64,000 nt of DNA from Tubiluchus corallicola (GCA_030141605.1 JAQGDQ010000025.1:1-64000), one strand, 5' to 3'; positions 11,846 through 27,919 are shown, counted from the first letter of the stretch. Numbers and translations are program-made. Notes: generated from the sequence alone by a model not told the origin.

Positions 11846-14800
11846 GGAAGCAAATAAGTTAGTTTTGATCAATAACATTGCGATTCGTTTTCAAAGGCCA
11901 TTTTAAGTGTGTTTCGTTTTTTCCACTTTTTTATTTATTTTGTTTTAGGTTTAAATCAATTCATAAAATAAAAGCAACAAAATAAAATAAAAACAAATAA
12001 GAGATGCTGACAATAAAACTACATACATAAGATGCAAACTGTACAAAAAGAGCACAGGTTAGTTTAGATAATAAATGACGAGGTTAGTAATGACTTCCAA
12101 TATTGGAAGTACAATGACTTACATCGAATATCTGTACCAGTTATGCTAGATAAAATAGTATTACTGCTACATATATTTAAAATAAGTTTGTGCAGTTTGT
12201 AATTTATTCACTTGCAGCCTAAATAAGGAGCCTCACCAACGATTGCTAGGGAAAACGTTCATTTTTAACGCAACTATTTCTGAATTACCTCATTGACAAA
12301 CTAAATTAAAAGAAAATTGAACTTTTCTGTGAGATGTGGTTCCATTAAGGTGTCTCGTTATGCAAATGCGAATCAAATTAATGATTCTAGGTAATGCACA
12401 GTTACATAAAAAAGCATTTTGCTCAAAAACTCAACCTGACGTGCGAGAGATTGGCGGAGTTAACAATTTTATTGGAAGAGAACAAAACTCAGAATGTAGT
12501 GAAAGCTTTGTGGGACAGGTCTCATTAGAGGATCACACACAAGTGTACAAGAGTTCTATTGTACAAGAGCAGCAATAAAAGACAGTGTAGTTGTTATTAA
12601 TGATCTAGGTACATTTCCTCTGATTAATGTTTCCTGATTTAAATACCGCCAGCATTATGGCAGGATTTGATAAAATTACTCTCGCATTTACCTGATTTAA
12701 TTACAACAAAGCAGCTGCCAAGAGGCTGCAAGCCATGACGTGCTGTAATATTTTAAATTTTTGGGTGAAATATTTTCAGCCATTTTCCAAAGCAACAGAG
12801 CGCAGAGTTTATAACCTAACCCTCTTTTTGCCATAATTAATAATGCTGAATTTACTGCAGTTATGCAACCAGAAAGAACTGCTTTTTTACTGCTCCTTTA
12901 TTGTTATTTTTTCTTATTTCTCTGCTCGCTCTTTTCCGATGCAAATGCATAAATGAATGCAATTACATTTTTTCTTTGGTAACCATTTACAGAGTTTGCA
13001 GATAACCTTGTAGGCTATTAAAGCATCTACTGATTTTTCTATATATATATGTATATATAGGCATGCAACACGCGTTTTTTTGCCATTTCACTATACGCAC
13101 GCATATAGAATGCTCAAATTCAACTCCATTACACACATTAAATTGTCGTGTGTACATAGGCCTAGGTAGCACGCCAAATAGTTCAGTCGTAGTGTTTCAA
13201 TGTTTTTTCAATTATTCATACTTATTCAGTAATTGTATCAAAGTTAGCATAACAATTCATAAAATGGTTTCAAAAAAAATTAATAACTATTGGTGAGTTC
13301 CCGCATCGTTAGTCTATATCTATGTTTACATCTACAAGCTATTTGAATAAAGGAGCTTTCATTGATACTCTTCGGAATGTAGACACAAATGCGCCAACAA
13401 CTGTGTTAATAACTGCTGCTATAAACGTCAGTTTTTTCTTATTCGGTAACTGGCTGAGCTTGAAGGAGAAGAAAAGGAAATTTTAAAGTATGTTGCAAAA
13501 ACTTTAATTACTTTGGTATAATTACTTAGTATGTTTAGAAGATTTACGCAACTGAAAAAGAGTACTCAATTGGGAAACGTCACTGTTTCACGATCCAGTG
13601 TGCACAAAAAAACCTACATTTTTCCAATTTTTTCGGAATGTTATCTGAACTTGCTGCACGTTTTTTGCTTAGGAAAATGGTTGCGTCTAATTGTCATCGC
13701 GAGAGTTGATGTGTGCAGCGTTGCTGGTAATATAAATTCTGTATGCGTTTGTACGTAAAAATAACTTTACGTAAGACTTTTGTTTTTTACCCTATAAGAT
13801 GATCAATAACGCTGTAAAATAATACTATGTACATATTCTGACTGCCTTCGTTCATTCATTCTACCTTCTTCTAGTCAGCCATAAATTAAGGATTTTGTAA
13901 TTAATACACAATCCTTTACATTTTTTCTTGGTTACAGACTTGGTCGACAGAGGATCTGCATTGCACAACTCCGTAATTATTTACGGTGAAGTCAATCTGT
14001 ATTGTGTATCCGCCAAAAGTGCCCCCGTATTTCATGCACCAAGTACCCCAACACCGTTATCCAACCACACCATCCGAAGCTAACGTCCGTCCGCTGCCTG
14101 CAAAGGTCACACAACTAACAACAGCTCCGAATTTTTCATCACCAAACATTTATTTAGCCACAATGCATGCGAAAACTCATCAATACATGTTTACTATGGC
14201 GAATGTTCTTTTAAGTGAATGAAGTAATATCTGGTTGCGACAGAACTTGGCCCGGGGCGAGGATCGAATGGCACATTGACTGTTGTTTAGTATCATTCTT
14301 ACACCGTGTATTGCCGTCGCCGTGGTGATGGTGTGACAGAACATAACTTAAATGTGATTTAGGACAGGTGTCTTAAGCCATTAATTGCCAAAAAGGGATT
14401 CTTTCCCATGAAGACTTCAGGATGTCTATTTTGCTGGTTGCCATGACAGTGAAATTTAATGGCGTAGACTAATGATTCGGCGTTTTTAATATTAATTAAT
14501 TTTCTCGAAAAAGTTCGCCATTTCTTGAAGCTGCCATTAATCTTGTTTCCTACTTTTCAATTGTATGCAGCAAACGCAGCGCTTCATTCGAAAAGTGTAA
14601 CAATATTTTAAATTCATTTTAGTTTTGGTTGGCTTAATGAAAGCATGACCTGGTGTTAAATTATTCATAACACCCAACCAAATCACAGATTTCAACAGTA
14701 GATTAGATTAGATTCAAACAAAAATAAAACATCGTTAATTTTGTAAGAAACATCAGCACAAAACATCTGAGAGTGTAGAAATAAATAAAATTATTACAAA

Positions 14801-15077
14801 TCAGAAAATAGAACATAGCATGCATCTACAACATATTAGTTTTTTAAAGTTAAAAATATCATCCATTTTTTGCTTTTTATGTTTATGTATACATACTTTA
14901 CGTTTACGTTTATGGTTATGGTTATATTTATGTTTGTTTACGTTTTTGTTTATGCCTATACTTACTTATGCTTACGTTTATAAAAACATTTTATGTTTTT
15001 AGATCGCAGTGAAAATCGTATTTGGCACCTTTTGTTAAGCGATAAAGTACAGTGGTTTACTTAAGATTAGGCAAATA

Positions 15078-15332
15078 TCCTGTCCTGTCCTGCCCCGTCC
15101 TGTCCTGCCCTATCCTGTCCTGTCCTGTCCCGTTCCGTTCCGTTTCGTTTCGTTTCGTTCCGTTACGTTCCGTCCTGTCCTGCCCTGTGCTGTCCTGTCC
15201 GGTCCTGTCGTGTCCTGTCTTGTCCTATTCTGTCCTGTCCTGTACCCTCCTGTCCTGTCCAGTCCTGTCCTGTCGTGTCCTGTCTTGTCCTGTCCCACCA
15301 TATTCTGTCTTATCCTGTCTTGTCCCGTCCTT
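15078..15332. repeat. Degenerate pentanucleotide (TCCTG)n/(CGTTY)n repeat
   Basis: Direct observation. Explains the spurious VLSCP ORFs. Confidence 0.93.
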
Positions 15333-16133
15333 TCCTCTACTGTCCCATTTATCCTGGTCCGCCACATTTTTTATCAACGAAAGACTGTTGAAGCAGATAA
15401 TAAATTTTCAACGATGTTTCTTCCCGCATCTAGAGCCTTTCTTATTTTGTATTCGCATATATACAGGCGAACTATTACCTGCTATTTTATTAGTTTTCCA
15501 CGTGATTTATAACTAGACTCGCTAAATAAATTTTTTGTGGCCTGCACAAGATGGCACTTTATAATACCCTTTCACAATGCCTCCGAAGAGCAAGTAATTT
15601 AATAGGGCGTAATGATTTGTCAAGTGAATAAGAATTTGGTACTTAAAAGGTAAAGAGTTGTATCATTTTTAAAACTTCTGTAAAGATAACTCGACGAAAT
15701 GATGGAGTAAAATGTTCAATCAATGAAAGTTCGACAAAACAAAATTTTGATGCAATCAAAGTTTTTGGCAATCACTTTAGTAAACGATCAAAAAGTTCGC
15801 GGTAATGAAAATTAACAAAAATTTTAGCATCATCTAAGTAATTAAATAAATTTTAAGGGGAAACTTTGAATTTGTAAATATTTAATGTTCGAAAGTGAAG
15901 TGTTTTTTACGTCAAGTAAAAGGTTTACATTCTACGTTATGCACGCCAGGTGTAGCTTGGAAACAGGTCTAATTTTTCTCCTTTATAAAAGTACTAACTT
16001 ATTAAAGTATTAAAGTATTTAATTAGCGTTGAAATAGAACTATACAGTAATCAAGCAGTTTTTGATTTTGCAAACTCACAATTAATTAAATTCGATATGA
16101 AACTTGAAAGAACAGGAAATTTGAAGAAGTTGG

Positions 16134-16200
16134 TATGCCGCTGGATTTGAGTCAGTTACCTTCTGCATTAAAGAGACCTTAACCACTAAGCCACCACATC
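16134..16200 (-). mobile_element. tRNA-derived SINE head (degenerate)
   Basis: Minus strand has an A-box-like TGGCTTAGTGG and a degenerate B-box GACTCAAATCC. No intact cloverleaf. Confidence 0.5.
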
Positions 16201-17804
16201 TCCCAGTGACGAAAGCAATCCAAAGTTTATCGCTGATAGCCGGCCAATTGAATTCTGAATTCAAGTTTTCTAGTGTTAGATCTCAAACACAAACCTTTAC
16301 ATTAACAAAGTAGTTTTTGCATATTTTCTATGTAAATCATTCTAAACAAGGCCAGTAGTCACTGCAGGTAAAGGGTTACAATAGGAAAAGAAAAATAAAT
16401 AAACACCCAGAACCGTAGAATTCCTATAACGAGTTCGTTTGTGGTGGGAGGTTCTATTAACAATCATTTTGGAAGCAAGTGTGGTTGTGGTGCATAAGGA
16501 GGCAATTTTAGGGTGACGAATTCCACGGACAACACAAACTTTCTGCGCCCTTGGAAGCTTGAAATGTCAAGGCTTCAGTTAATGTTTTAACTAAATTGTT
16601 GTTTGAAAACCAATTTTGCAGAAAAGTGTTAGAAAACCAAACCAGAAAAACATTAATGTCAGTCAACATGAGTGTCATTCAAGTCTTACAATGTGCTAAT
16701 GGTTGTTATTAACTGTTAGTTGTTGTGTTAGATGTGTTAAATGTGTTAGTTAGATCATGTATAAGTTGTTAAATGTTGTTAACAACTGGTTTGACTTTAA
16801 TGCCTAATCTATATCGTTACAGTTGGGTCTACAGTAATTAACACTTGTTTGTAAGGATTTTCCAAAACAAAATGCTTTGACTTTAAAGACAGTAATTACT
16901 CAATTAGCATTCAGCATACATAACCCACGAGGGTGACTCCAAGGTGATAAATTCCTACTTTTAATTCTTAACCACACCTGCACTGATGTCTTTTCATTCT
17001 GTCAGTGAAAAAAACTACATGAAACCACCTGTGTTTAAGCACTTGAAGTCTTGCTTGCATTTGCATGCGAATAAATTATTATTAATGATTCTGTAAATGT
17101 TTTCTCATACACCTTTCAGAGAAAACTTGTAAAGAAAGAATTAGATAACCGCGGGCACAATGTATTAGTCAAAGCATAATGGTTAAATTGAAATCAATTA
17201 ACACCTCGCGGCTTTCGTATGTGGGCTAGGAGCCGATGCTGGTCGTGACACTTTCCATTTTTTAGTTAAACACTGAACATGCAGATACAAAAGATTTAAA
17301 TCTTACTACTCAAACCACATGTGAAAATGGATGTATAGCGACTGCATGTTTGATAAATAAAAAATTAACGTCTAATATCGATTCAACGGGACCTTTTTAG
17401 TTCGCCTCATTTTATGTCCATGTACGGGTGTATGGCCGCCCAGAAAAAACACTGCCAGCAAATTCTTTAATAAAACGAAAATTACGTTAAAAAGACATAA
17501 AAATTTAATAAAAAAAACAATGAATATGTGCCTATGAAAAATAGTTTTAAGACGTTTTATATTTGATTTTTGTTGAATTTCTAAAAGTGTGATTTTTTTA
17601 AAAACGTATCTCCAAAACAAAGACAAGGAAACTTTTTTCAAAATTTATTGTTTTAAATGAAAAAGAAACTCGGCTATTGCTATTTTAATATAATTATTTA
17701 GTTAAAAAATTGTTTCATCTGCTTTTCCCTTTACTTCGGTCAGTTTGCGAAGTCGTGATGGAAACATCGCATTTTAAAAAAGTCTACAAAAATAAAACAT
17801 ACAA

Positions 17805-17840
17805 CACACACACACGCCCGCCAGCACGCACACACGCTCG

Positions 17841-17920
<80 letters not shown>
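17805..17920. repeat. (CA)n microsatellite
   Basis: Direct observation. Confidence 0.96.
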
Positions 17921-17923
<3 letters not shown>

Positions 17924-20559
17924 GCTCATTGTTAAATTTTTTGCATCTTTGACTTGCAATTTTTTGTGCCGTTTCACTCTTAGTGAGAAGAAGTATTCTT
18001 CTTCTGGCTCAATAAACTGAATTATTATACATAAAGACAATTTTTAAAAACGTTTTATCCTCTCGCCGAGGCGTTCACAATAGGCAGTAACTCACGGGAA
18101 ACCAACTCGCGACAACTGTAGGAGAGTTTGCAATAACTTGCCGATAGTAACTCACAAAGCAGTTCACATCTGTGAGTTTGCTGTCACTTGGAATAATTGA
18201 AATAGAATTTTTTAAAGTAATACCCATTCGAATACTGCTAAGCCTTTTTCCTTTTTTCTCAACGAGTTTTAACCCCAAGTTCGTGCATTAAAGCAATACA
18301 ATCACGTCCAGTTTGAGCCTCAAGAGTGGAATTTGTAAAAATCGCTCGGGGAATCCCACAATGAATCCGCGGGGGCAGGCTAGGAGTGACACCGTGAAAC
18401 ACCCCTTCCTCTAAAGTTCGTTGAAGTAACTCACAAGTTTTAGTGGAGAAGACTTAAAGATTTTGACGGTTGTGACACGAAATCTAGTTTATTGACACGG
18501 ACGTTCGTCTAAGACAGACACAGCATCAGTAGGGATGTCTCAGCCACATTTGGATTCATAACTCTCCTTTAATGAGAAGGATAACCGGCTGTATGGTAGA
18601 CGAAATCGCCAAGCTTTGTTTGGCAGGCATCCATAAATTTATTACCTCGGCCCAGTGTTGCTTAACTTCATAGCTAAGTACACAGCGTGACTACTCATCT
18701 ATTCATCGTTTTTATGTTAAAAAACTTCGACCTTATTAAAGTTAAACTGTTGGACCTTGAAAGTAATCGAGTTTTAGATCTGGTCACGTGACATTAGATA
18801 GTCAATCTTGGTGAGTTCCTAACTTGTGAAGTTTTGGTGCTAACGCCATTTTCTGATAAGTTCTAATCCAATGAGTTCTTCAGCACAGCATTTCTCTGCC
18901 CTTAGAAAAGGACTCTTAATTACGCCCAGCTTCTTCCACACACGTCAGAAGGCTCTATTGCACAACCCCTGATCAATCATTCAAACTTGTGCAGCTGTAT
19001 TAAAAGCTGCTGTAGCCACGTGGTTTTCTTCAAAGTATTATTATATCTTCATCAGCCTATTGTGAGTATGTAACCGACAGTAAAAGCAAAGCAGTCAGGC
19101 GAACGATGCGTTTGTTCAATATTTACCATGTTACACCTTTGGCAAACGCGATCAGCGCCAAGTTTTTCTTCTCGACAAGGCTGATCTTAGCTCGCTGTCG
19201 ACGATTACTTGGGCTATAGTATTTCTTTACCTGTGGACATGCGCTCAGTTGATTGCACGCACCTGTAATTAGCATAAGTTGCAGGTGGCCAACGTGTAGG
19301 TGCGCAGATTTTGCTTCATGCTTATGTTTTATTTCATGCTATGGGGTGGTTCAAAACAAGCGCTGGACAAATTTTGGCAAAAAATAACAAAGTTTTGCGT
19401 GTCCCCAATGTCTTCCAGAGCCAGCAGACGAAGCTGAAAGATGGAAAGGTACCCAGTTGTCGAGTTTTTGCAAACAGATGCTGCGAAGAATCGCCCAGAA
19501 GATTCTTGCCTCTCCCTCTCCCTCGGGCACAAGACTGACCGGTCACGTTCAGTCCTTCCCGCACGCTTAATTGAATAATTTGTTGTTGATTTTCGCGCCT
19601 GAACCGCTTCTCCAAATAGAGGGTATTTAAGGACAAAGTTAAAGACAGAGTTTAAGAAGACGCCACACAATAGCAATTATTGATAACTGTGTTTGATAGA
19701 ACTTGTATAGTTTGACGTGTTGACACATTGACAGATTCAATAACAGTTTTGGCTGTTGATTCCAAAGCTAATTATATCTACATTCCTCAAATTATGAAAA
19801 TGAACGTTGAATTAAGATAAGTGACATTGTAAAGGTGAACTGTTCAACACGTTTTCTGGGACATTGTCCGTGTAAGACTAAACCAGATTATTTTCCGTAA
19901 GAGTGAATTCAATAAAGTTATTCACCGGTTTTAGAAAATCGTGTATTGATAAATTTTACTTAGTAGCTGACGATTTATTTACAGGAAATCTTCACTACAT
20001 GATAAAGAGTAGTTAGAATAAAGGAAAAATGATATTATTTGCCACCAATCCCGACTACAGATTGAACTGAATAAGCCACTGACAGCAGTAGTAAACGGAA
20101 CTTTACATTCTAAAAAGATAAACATATGAAAATATATAACGATAATTATAATCGTATAGAAAAGAAATTGCCTTTTTTATAGTTTTCAGATTCTTAATAA
20201 CAGGATCGGCATCAGTTTAATTAAGTACCTCACAATATCAACGAATTTTACGTAATCTTTATGAAAAAACAACATTTTCACTACATACTAGATTACTTTA
20301 CCCGAAGATGATTACTAGTGTCTAGAGGAAACGATTTTTAATGAAAGTTGTTTAAAGTACCATCATATTTGTAAAATATTATTCAGCACTGAACTTGCAA
20401 ACTTGCTAACTTGCATGTCTAAATAAACGTATACTTAGATATTCATCTACCTATCTTGTTTCTTAACTACATGCCTGTCTACTTAGCTAACAGGTATTTT
20501 TGAGTACCTAGGGTGCCAGCAAGTTTACTTGCCTACTAAAGTACCCACATTTCTGCTTA

Positions 20560-20732
20560 CTTACCTACCTGTCTATCTATCTACCTACTTACATACCTAC
20601 CTAATTACCTACCTACCTACCTACCTACCTACCTACCTACCTACCTACCTACCTACCTACCTACCTACCTACCTACCTACCTACCTACCTATCTACTTAC
20701 TTACCTACCTACCTACCGACCTACCTACCTGC
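20560..20732. repeat. (CTAC)n microsatellite
   Basis: Direct observation. Confidence 0.95.
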
Positions 20733-21397
20733 CTTTCTATATATCTTTCTGTTACCTATTTGTTTACGTATTTGTTTACTGATTTAAAAAAAAATCTTCA
20801 TATTTTGCTCCATCCGCCGATCGTAAGGTTAATTGTATCCCCCAATAATTGTCAGATCGGTCTTAAGTAAATGTGCTGCTCGGTAGGACAAATTCCCAAA
20901 ACCAATTGCCATTTCAAGTGTTAATGTTAGTTTGGATTTGTTTAACGACACTTTAGGTGTAAGAAGGCAACTAAACGTCATTTGTTTCTTTGCTTCTTGT
21001 CCTAATTATCTCATTATCAGCGAAGTATATCTGCAAAAGTAATCCTAATCGCATCATTTTGTTCCTTTGGGTTGTAAACAAGATACCAGCATTACCGTGA
21101 TTACACTGAGACCATGTAGATTTATTGCAAAGAAATCATAAGGGATTTGTACGAGATTCATTATCTTGTTCGGTTTAATTTGTTTACTGTGCTCAAATAA
21201 TTTTGGGAAAAGGCGAGATGACATCACATATTTTAACAATCTTTGTTACAAAATGATTTTTAACAGATAGAAGTCTGTTATATATTCAGACAATAGTATG
21301 TTAGCAAGATGTTTACCAACCTACCAATGTGCGTAATATTTTTGGCGTGAATATTCCTTTTCGAAACATTTGCTCACATGAAATTTTTTTTGTAGAC

Positions 21398-21441
21398 TGA
21401 GTTCGAATTCCAGTGGAGGTACAAAACTTTTTCAGACTTTT
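21398..21441 (+). mobile_element. SINE-like fragment with pol III B-box, related to 62388-62430
   Basis: TGAGTTCGAATTCCAGTGGAGGT..TTTCAGA matches the reverse complement of 62388-62430. Confidence 0.55.
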
Positions 21442-21596
21442 CAATTTAGCATTGCTTTCATGCGTTTATTGCACTCGTCATCTGGCAGTCATATTTATTT
21501 TAATAGCATCTGAACTTCACAACGACACTTGGATTATAATGATCAGATTTCAACCAGAAATTCATTATTGAAGTCATTCAGTAGTTGCGCAGTGTA

Positions 21597-21835
21597 ACAT
21601 TCGCTCGCTCAGTTACTTGATAACAATGTCGCTTAGCAACTGGAGAATGTACATGCAGCATTCACTCACTCAGTTACTTAGTAACCATGTCGCTTGGCAA
21701 CTGGACAATGGACATGTAGCATTTACTCACACGGTAAGCATGTCACTTGGTAACTGGACAGTGGACATGTAGCATTTACTCACACGGTAACTCGGTAAGG
21801 ATCTCAGTTGATAACTGGACAGTGGACCAGGTAGT
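21597..21835. repeat. Degenerate minisatellite, about 4 units of 50-60 bp
   Basis: Recurring AACTGGACARTGGACATGTAGCATTTACTCAC core. Confidence 0.85.
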
Positions 21836-24191
21836 TTGGTAGTCGGAATGTTTAATTAGCAGAACACATGATAAATGTAGGGTAACGGGTGGTACCTTGA
21901 TAACTGCAGGAACGTGTTGATAACTCAGGCACTTCGTAACGTGGATATTTTGTAACAGGGCAATTAACTTGGAAATTGATAAACAGGTGAACAGTTGAAC
22001 CCGAATTGTTCATTTATTCACCAAGCGTCTGCATTACTGCCTTGTATCAACTTTCCCAAAAATCAAATGTTTGCATGGTTGCTTCAATTACCTAACCTTT
22101 ACAGGCATAATTAGTTTAGTTTTTCCAAGAAGCCCAACCCTTCTGCGAACTTATGCATGCCGAGCAAGGCAAATGTCCACAAATAGTTACATAAGGTAGT
22201 GCCTGAATTACCAAATGTCCTGCTATATTTAAAAACCGCAAGTGTTACAAGATGTAACGAAGTGGTCATGTGATTCTCCTGTTACTAGTTGTCCTCTTTA
22301 TGTGTGTGATTTATTTTCACGAGAAGTTTCCTAGACTCCAGTCATCAAATGTCTGGATAGCCAATGCATCCTTTATTCTAGTTTAATGTTTACTGGTCAT
22401 TATAATTTTTCTTCCATCAGGGTAAAACTACTTTGCTGATCCGACACGCATGCTAATTATACAAAATTAAGCTGAACAATTTAATGACACATAGGATGAT
22501 GATTGCATAGGCATTTAAAACGAATATTTTATTGGCTAATGTGACACTTCGTACTGTAAGGATTGGAGGTCGCGACAGATGCTATGAAGGGGAATTATCA
22601 CCATGCATTCATTAATGAGCAACTACTATAGGAAAGTAAACAATCAGCATTGTTGCATTGGTGATTACTCTATCAGAGGTGACAAATTTTGTCCAGATGT
22701 CAAAGCTTTTCAGTGATTGTCTACTGTGTCCAGTAATAAAAATAGGCCTACATATTTTTCATGCACGCGGACTATCCTAGTATAGGTTTTCTTTAGACAG
22801 TAATGCAAAAATTTATAAAGCGCATGCGTTTTATAGAATATATGCCTAATTGTTATGCGCAATTACGTACACACACTAAGAGGATTTTTAGATAATCTAT
22901 CCACATGCAAAGTTTTTAACAAATTTTATGAAACAATACCGATTCTTGGCACGTGTATTGATTATATAACTGTTGATAAGTGGATCTGGTTCGCATGACA
23001 CTTACTTTTCTGAACACCACTTTATATATGACGATAACGGTAAAGAAATTTCGTGAACAGAAATAAAATAAAAAATAAAATCATAATTAAAATTTTGAAT
23101 AAACAGGTTAATTGCGGTTATTTTTTTGCATCTTTGCATGATTCAATTAAAAAGTCTTTAAGTATCAGTTTGCGTCATTGTTTGGCAAATGTCAATATTT
23201 TGCAATGATTAGGGTCTCTATGTCGTGAAAAACAAAGAAAGGAAGATTCAGTATAATTCTTGCTTCTAAATAATTTACACAGCAAAACGGCTAACCATCA
23301 CACAATTATACAAATATATAACATACAATCTTGGTTTATATACAAATATTTACTTAAACATATTTGAAGCCTTTGGAAACAGTTGACTACGAAATCAAAC
23401 TTCTTACCTGCCGATTCTGTTTTTCAACAAGATCGTACTTTGACAATACTTTGATCGTACTTCTGATAGGTTCCACCGAGCACACAATTTTTAATACTTG
23501 CGTTTTTTGAAATGGGCCCTATTATTAATTATACAACATTATTTAACAATGTACTAGCATTTTGCCAACAATGTACTAGCGATTACACGTGCCAACAAAC
23601 AAGAGAGCAGATTTTAAGTGATTTTTTTTTTCATTAAAACATCTGCGACCTATCAAGACGTTTTACTTTGTCGAAAGTAGTAAAAATTGTACTGTTTATA
23701 TCTACAAAGTGTTAAACCAATTAGAAAGTTGATTAATACAATTACAGTATACAAAACAGTGAAGTTTATGTTTATTATTACAATAACTTTGTTATATGTC
23801 TCCACTTGCACTTCTTTTTACAGTTGTAAAGAGAAACAGGTGCGCACTATTCAAATTTATAGTGCAATAAATAAATTTTTCAATATTAACAAAATTTAAG
23901 CAACACGCTCTGTAATTAGATACATCCTATTTGTAAAAGGACAGATTTCTTGCTAATTCGCTTCGACTTTTGGATACAGTGAAATTGAATAATTTTAGTG
24001 TAGTCATACCTAGGCACATTTTAGGACCCCACAACAGCTGTTTATAAGATATGGCGTATTTTGAAACAGATAAAGATAATACAACCTGCTGCGGTTTATA
24101 TACTCTCGCTTATTTTTTTACTTATCTTAGTTACTTGCTAAAAGTAACTTATTGTATTATTTAACTTGCTTGCCAGGTATTACTCGTTATC

Positions 24192-24406
<215 letters not shown>

Positions 24407-24744
24407 TTATTAACTAATGTTTCGGACTATAGCTGTGCATTATAGCGGACTATACCAGTGCAAGAATTTGCATCTAATTAATGCAAAATGATGTGAGTAG
24501 ATCCAAGTTTTCTTCTGTATCAGTTATTTCTAGAAGCATTTATACTACGTCGAATAATGCATAATTTTCTTGCTTTCGTAATTTATAAGACACGAGGTTG
24601 AGTAAATATTTATAAATTTTATTGAATTTATGTTATTTTTTTTATAAATGAACGAACAGCAAGTACATATAGCTAACGGTTATATGTACGAGTGTATCCT
24701 GCGTTACGTAAACTGAATGTAAATTATATTTATAACACTTAATT

Positions 24745-24861
<117 letters not shown>

Positions 24862-26964
24862 TAAGAAATAGAAACTTGTTAAGGGCACGTATATATGTAA
24901 ACCCTATATTGTATATCTAGTAGATGCATATTTAGCAAAAAAGTAAATATTTCCATGATGCTAGTTTTTTATCTAACAGAAAATAATCTGCGTACATACG
25001 TGAAATTTTTGACATTCGAAGTAAGTACATCAAGTACTATGTACCATGACTTACGTATTACATTATAAAGTTTATACAAATGTGCTTTAAACGGATATAC
25101 ACATATAAGAACAATTTATTTTATGCATGCAGTATTATCGTTGAAGTGCGGTATATCAACACTAAGTCTTAAGAATCAATTTCGGAAATATCTGTAGCAC
25201 CAAAATTTGAATATTTCTTTATTATGTTAGCTTATTAGCCGCCATCTTTTAGACCACATGCTCTTTATAAGCTAATAGTCTATAGTCAGCACTATTAATG
25301 AAAAGCATTTATGTTTAATTTATCTTAAATACAATACGTTCTACAAAATATGCGTCACATAAGTTAAGTTAGTAAAAAACTAAGTTTAAATGAAAAAGTA
25401 TACGAAAATTTGTTTTTTACCAATTATTTTTTGCATTACCATAGAAAATGCTTATTTGCGTTTCTTATTTCTGAAATATTTTTTATGAAAATAAAGAAAA
25501 GCAAATTGAAAATTCAGAATTGTGCACGTGCCTTTAGGTGATTTTTTTACGTTTGCACTAACTTTTGTTTTTGTGAAAATTCGAAAGCACATAAAATGAC
25601 GTGTAATAAAAAAGACGAATTTTAGATAAATTACGATATAAACATTGCTCAGTAAACTTATTAAAAAGTAATTTATTATGTTAACAGTACACACAGAAAT
25701 GTACGGCTTAATTTTCCTATTGATTTTATGCTGTAAACGGTTTTTTACATAAGAGGTTGGTCAAGCTGCAGCCCATATAATAATTACAAGAAGTATATAA
25801 AAATCAAAACTATGCAAAAATAAAAAGGCAGATGCGCATCCTTCGCTTATATATGTATCTAAAAGCACTACAGTGTACTAGAAAGCATGATTTTATTTGG
25901 TAGCAATGAAATTGTTTGCTTTCTTTCTTTACAATTTTTAATGAACAAACAACATTTCAAACTGCACTCAGTGTTTGAAATTTGTCATACGTTAATTATC
26001 ACAATAAGGTAATAATTACAACAATTGCAATCAGCGATCATATAATAACAAATGAGATTAGGCCTCCATATGATTTGAGCATTAATTTCTCCTTGAGCAT
26101 TAATATACCACAATGAACAATTGACTAGAGAAAGGCTGATATAAAAAAATTTGCATTTTGCAAAATTAATTATTTATACATATGCGAAAGTAAATTATTT
26201 AGACTGATACAATTTTTGTACGTAAAACAAAGTAATTAGAGTGTATGACAGTAAAGTAAAAATAGTTGGAGGTGGAGTGGGGTAATTTTACAGCTTATAA
26301 AGCGAATAATATGGTTAATATGGGCAGGAGATGGAGAACTGCATTAAAACTACTATACAACATATAAGTAAAAGAATGTAGTAAAGCTTATGCAAAACCG
26401 CAGTATTTAATTTCATATGTATTATAGTATATATTATTATCATTATTATTATCACCAAAATGCATGTTGTTTAAAGTCAGGAAAATGATGCACTATGCTT
26501 AATAAAAAAGAGAAACTTATTCTACGCATTCTGCACACAAGCATTCAAGCTCAATTTAGCTCCCATATTTACAATTAATTCTATAAACCGCCATAACATA
26601 AACATAAAATCATTTACTAAATTTTCTATTCACACAGCGTCTGTAATACAGACTGCTTTTCTAAACATTGTATACTTTGTCTTTTAACATATAAGATCTA
26701 ATAAGCTATTGGGTGAGTGTATGTTTGTCTGTAACTCTGAGAATGTAACAGTGATCGCAAAATCTAAAAATATAGATGATAATGACGATGATGGCGACTA
26801 TGATGATGACGATGATGATAATGATACTCTTTAGCATTGCAGTCAGAAGCTTGCACACTTTGTAGAAGGAGCTTTAACATTATGCTGACATAATTATACA
26901 AAAATTTGTGAGAACGGCGAGGAATTTGAATATGTACTTATGTTGCAACTTATTATCGATTCAC

Positions 26965-27843
26965 TCAAGACTTGCGTTTCCCATGGAAAACATTGAAATT
27001 TGCAGGTAAAGTCACAGAAACAGGTAGCTGTGTTCCAGCACAGGATAACGCATTATGCATCAATGACACCGCAGGATGAGGATTTGTTATCAAATGATCT
27101 GCTCTTGTATGAGCCACGGGCATGTGGGTTGTCCAATGCGGATCTTGCCCGTGTTTTAACGGCAACGGCACGGCCGGTGTTCCGACTACGGGCGTCGGTT
27201 TGACGGGTGCTGGTCCGGGAATCCGTACTGGGTGCGCTCCTAAACCGGGTAGACAAATCGTGTTGGAACCCGGCACACCGTGCTGTTTGTAGTCCATTGC
27301 TAGAATGTTGTCTATCGAAAACGGTTGTTTGTACACAGGTGACGAATGCACGCTGGGATATATAGCAGGTATAGGCGCATTAGCTGCTGCTGATAAATTT
27401 GCTAAGTCGATTTGTTTAGCTGATCTATGCAAAAATGCTGCCGTCACCGGATCCATTGGCTTAAAATCGATAGGTCCGTAAATCGATGATTTCTGGAATG
27501 ACAAACGTGGTTGTTTGAATCGCTTCCGCCTTCTCAAGAAACTTCCGTTTTCAAACATGTCTCCGCACATGGGATGGAGAGCCCAGTAGCTGCCCTTCCC
27601 GGGTCTGTCCGGCCTCCGAGGAATCTTTATGAAGCAATCGTTGAATGAGAGGTTGTGACGCAAAGAGTTCTGCCAGCGTTGCGTGTTTTTGCGATAATAG
27701 GGAAAGTTGTCCATGATAAATTTGTAGATTTCGTTCAAAGACATCATTTTATCCGCAGAACTTTGTATGGCCATTGCCGTCAATGAAATGTACGAATACG
27801 GTGGTTTTTGATCACCATACGTCGCCTTACCTGGCCGTGGCAT
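26965..27843 (-). CDS. FoxB: Forkhead box protein B, single coding exon (292 aa)
   Basis: Diagnostic start [24 protein letters not shown]. The forkhead domain ends in [17 protein letters not shown]. An eh1 motif FSIDNIL follows. Confidence 0.97.
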   Translation of the reverse strand: MPRPGKATYGDQKPPYSYISLTAMAIQSSADKMMSLNEIYKFIMDNFPYYRKNTQRWQNSLRHNLSFNDCFIKIPRRPDRPGKGSYWALHPMCGDMFENGSFLRRRKRFKQPRLSFQKSSIYGPIDFKPMDPVTAAFLHRSAKQIDLANLSAAANAPIPAIYPSVHSSPVYKQPFSIDNILAMDYKQHGVPGSNTICLPGLGAHPVRIPGPAPVKPTPVVGTPAVPLPLKHGQDPHWTTHMPVAHTRADHLITNPHPAVSLMHNALSCAGTQLPVSVTLPANFNVFHGKRKS

Positions 27844-27919
27844 TTTTTCACAAATTCACCTGACTTCTGCACTTATAATGTCTGTCAATTGGAGAATGAA
27901 TTGACGGGTTCCAATAGAA

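Noticed and set aside
15052-15516. 154-aa Cys-rich VLSCP repeat ORF
   Set aside because: Translation of a pentanucleotide microsatellite.
19311-19676. Cluster of overlapping ORFs in a GC-richer island
   Set aside because: No domain or convincing splice signals. Kept only as a candidate enhancer.
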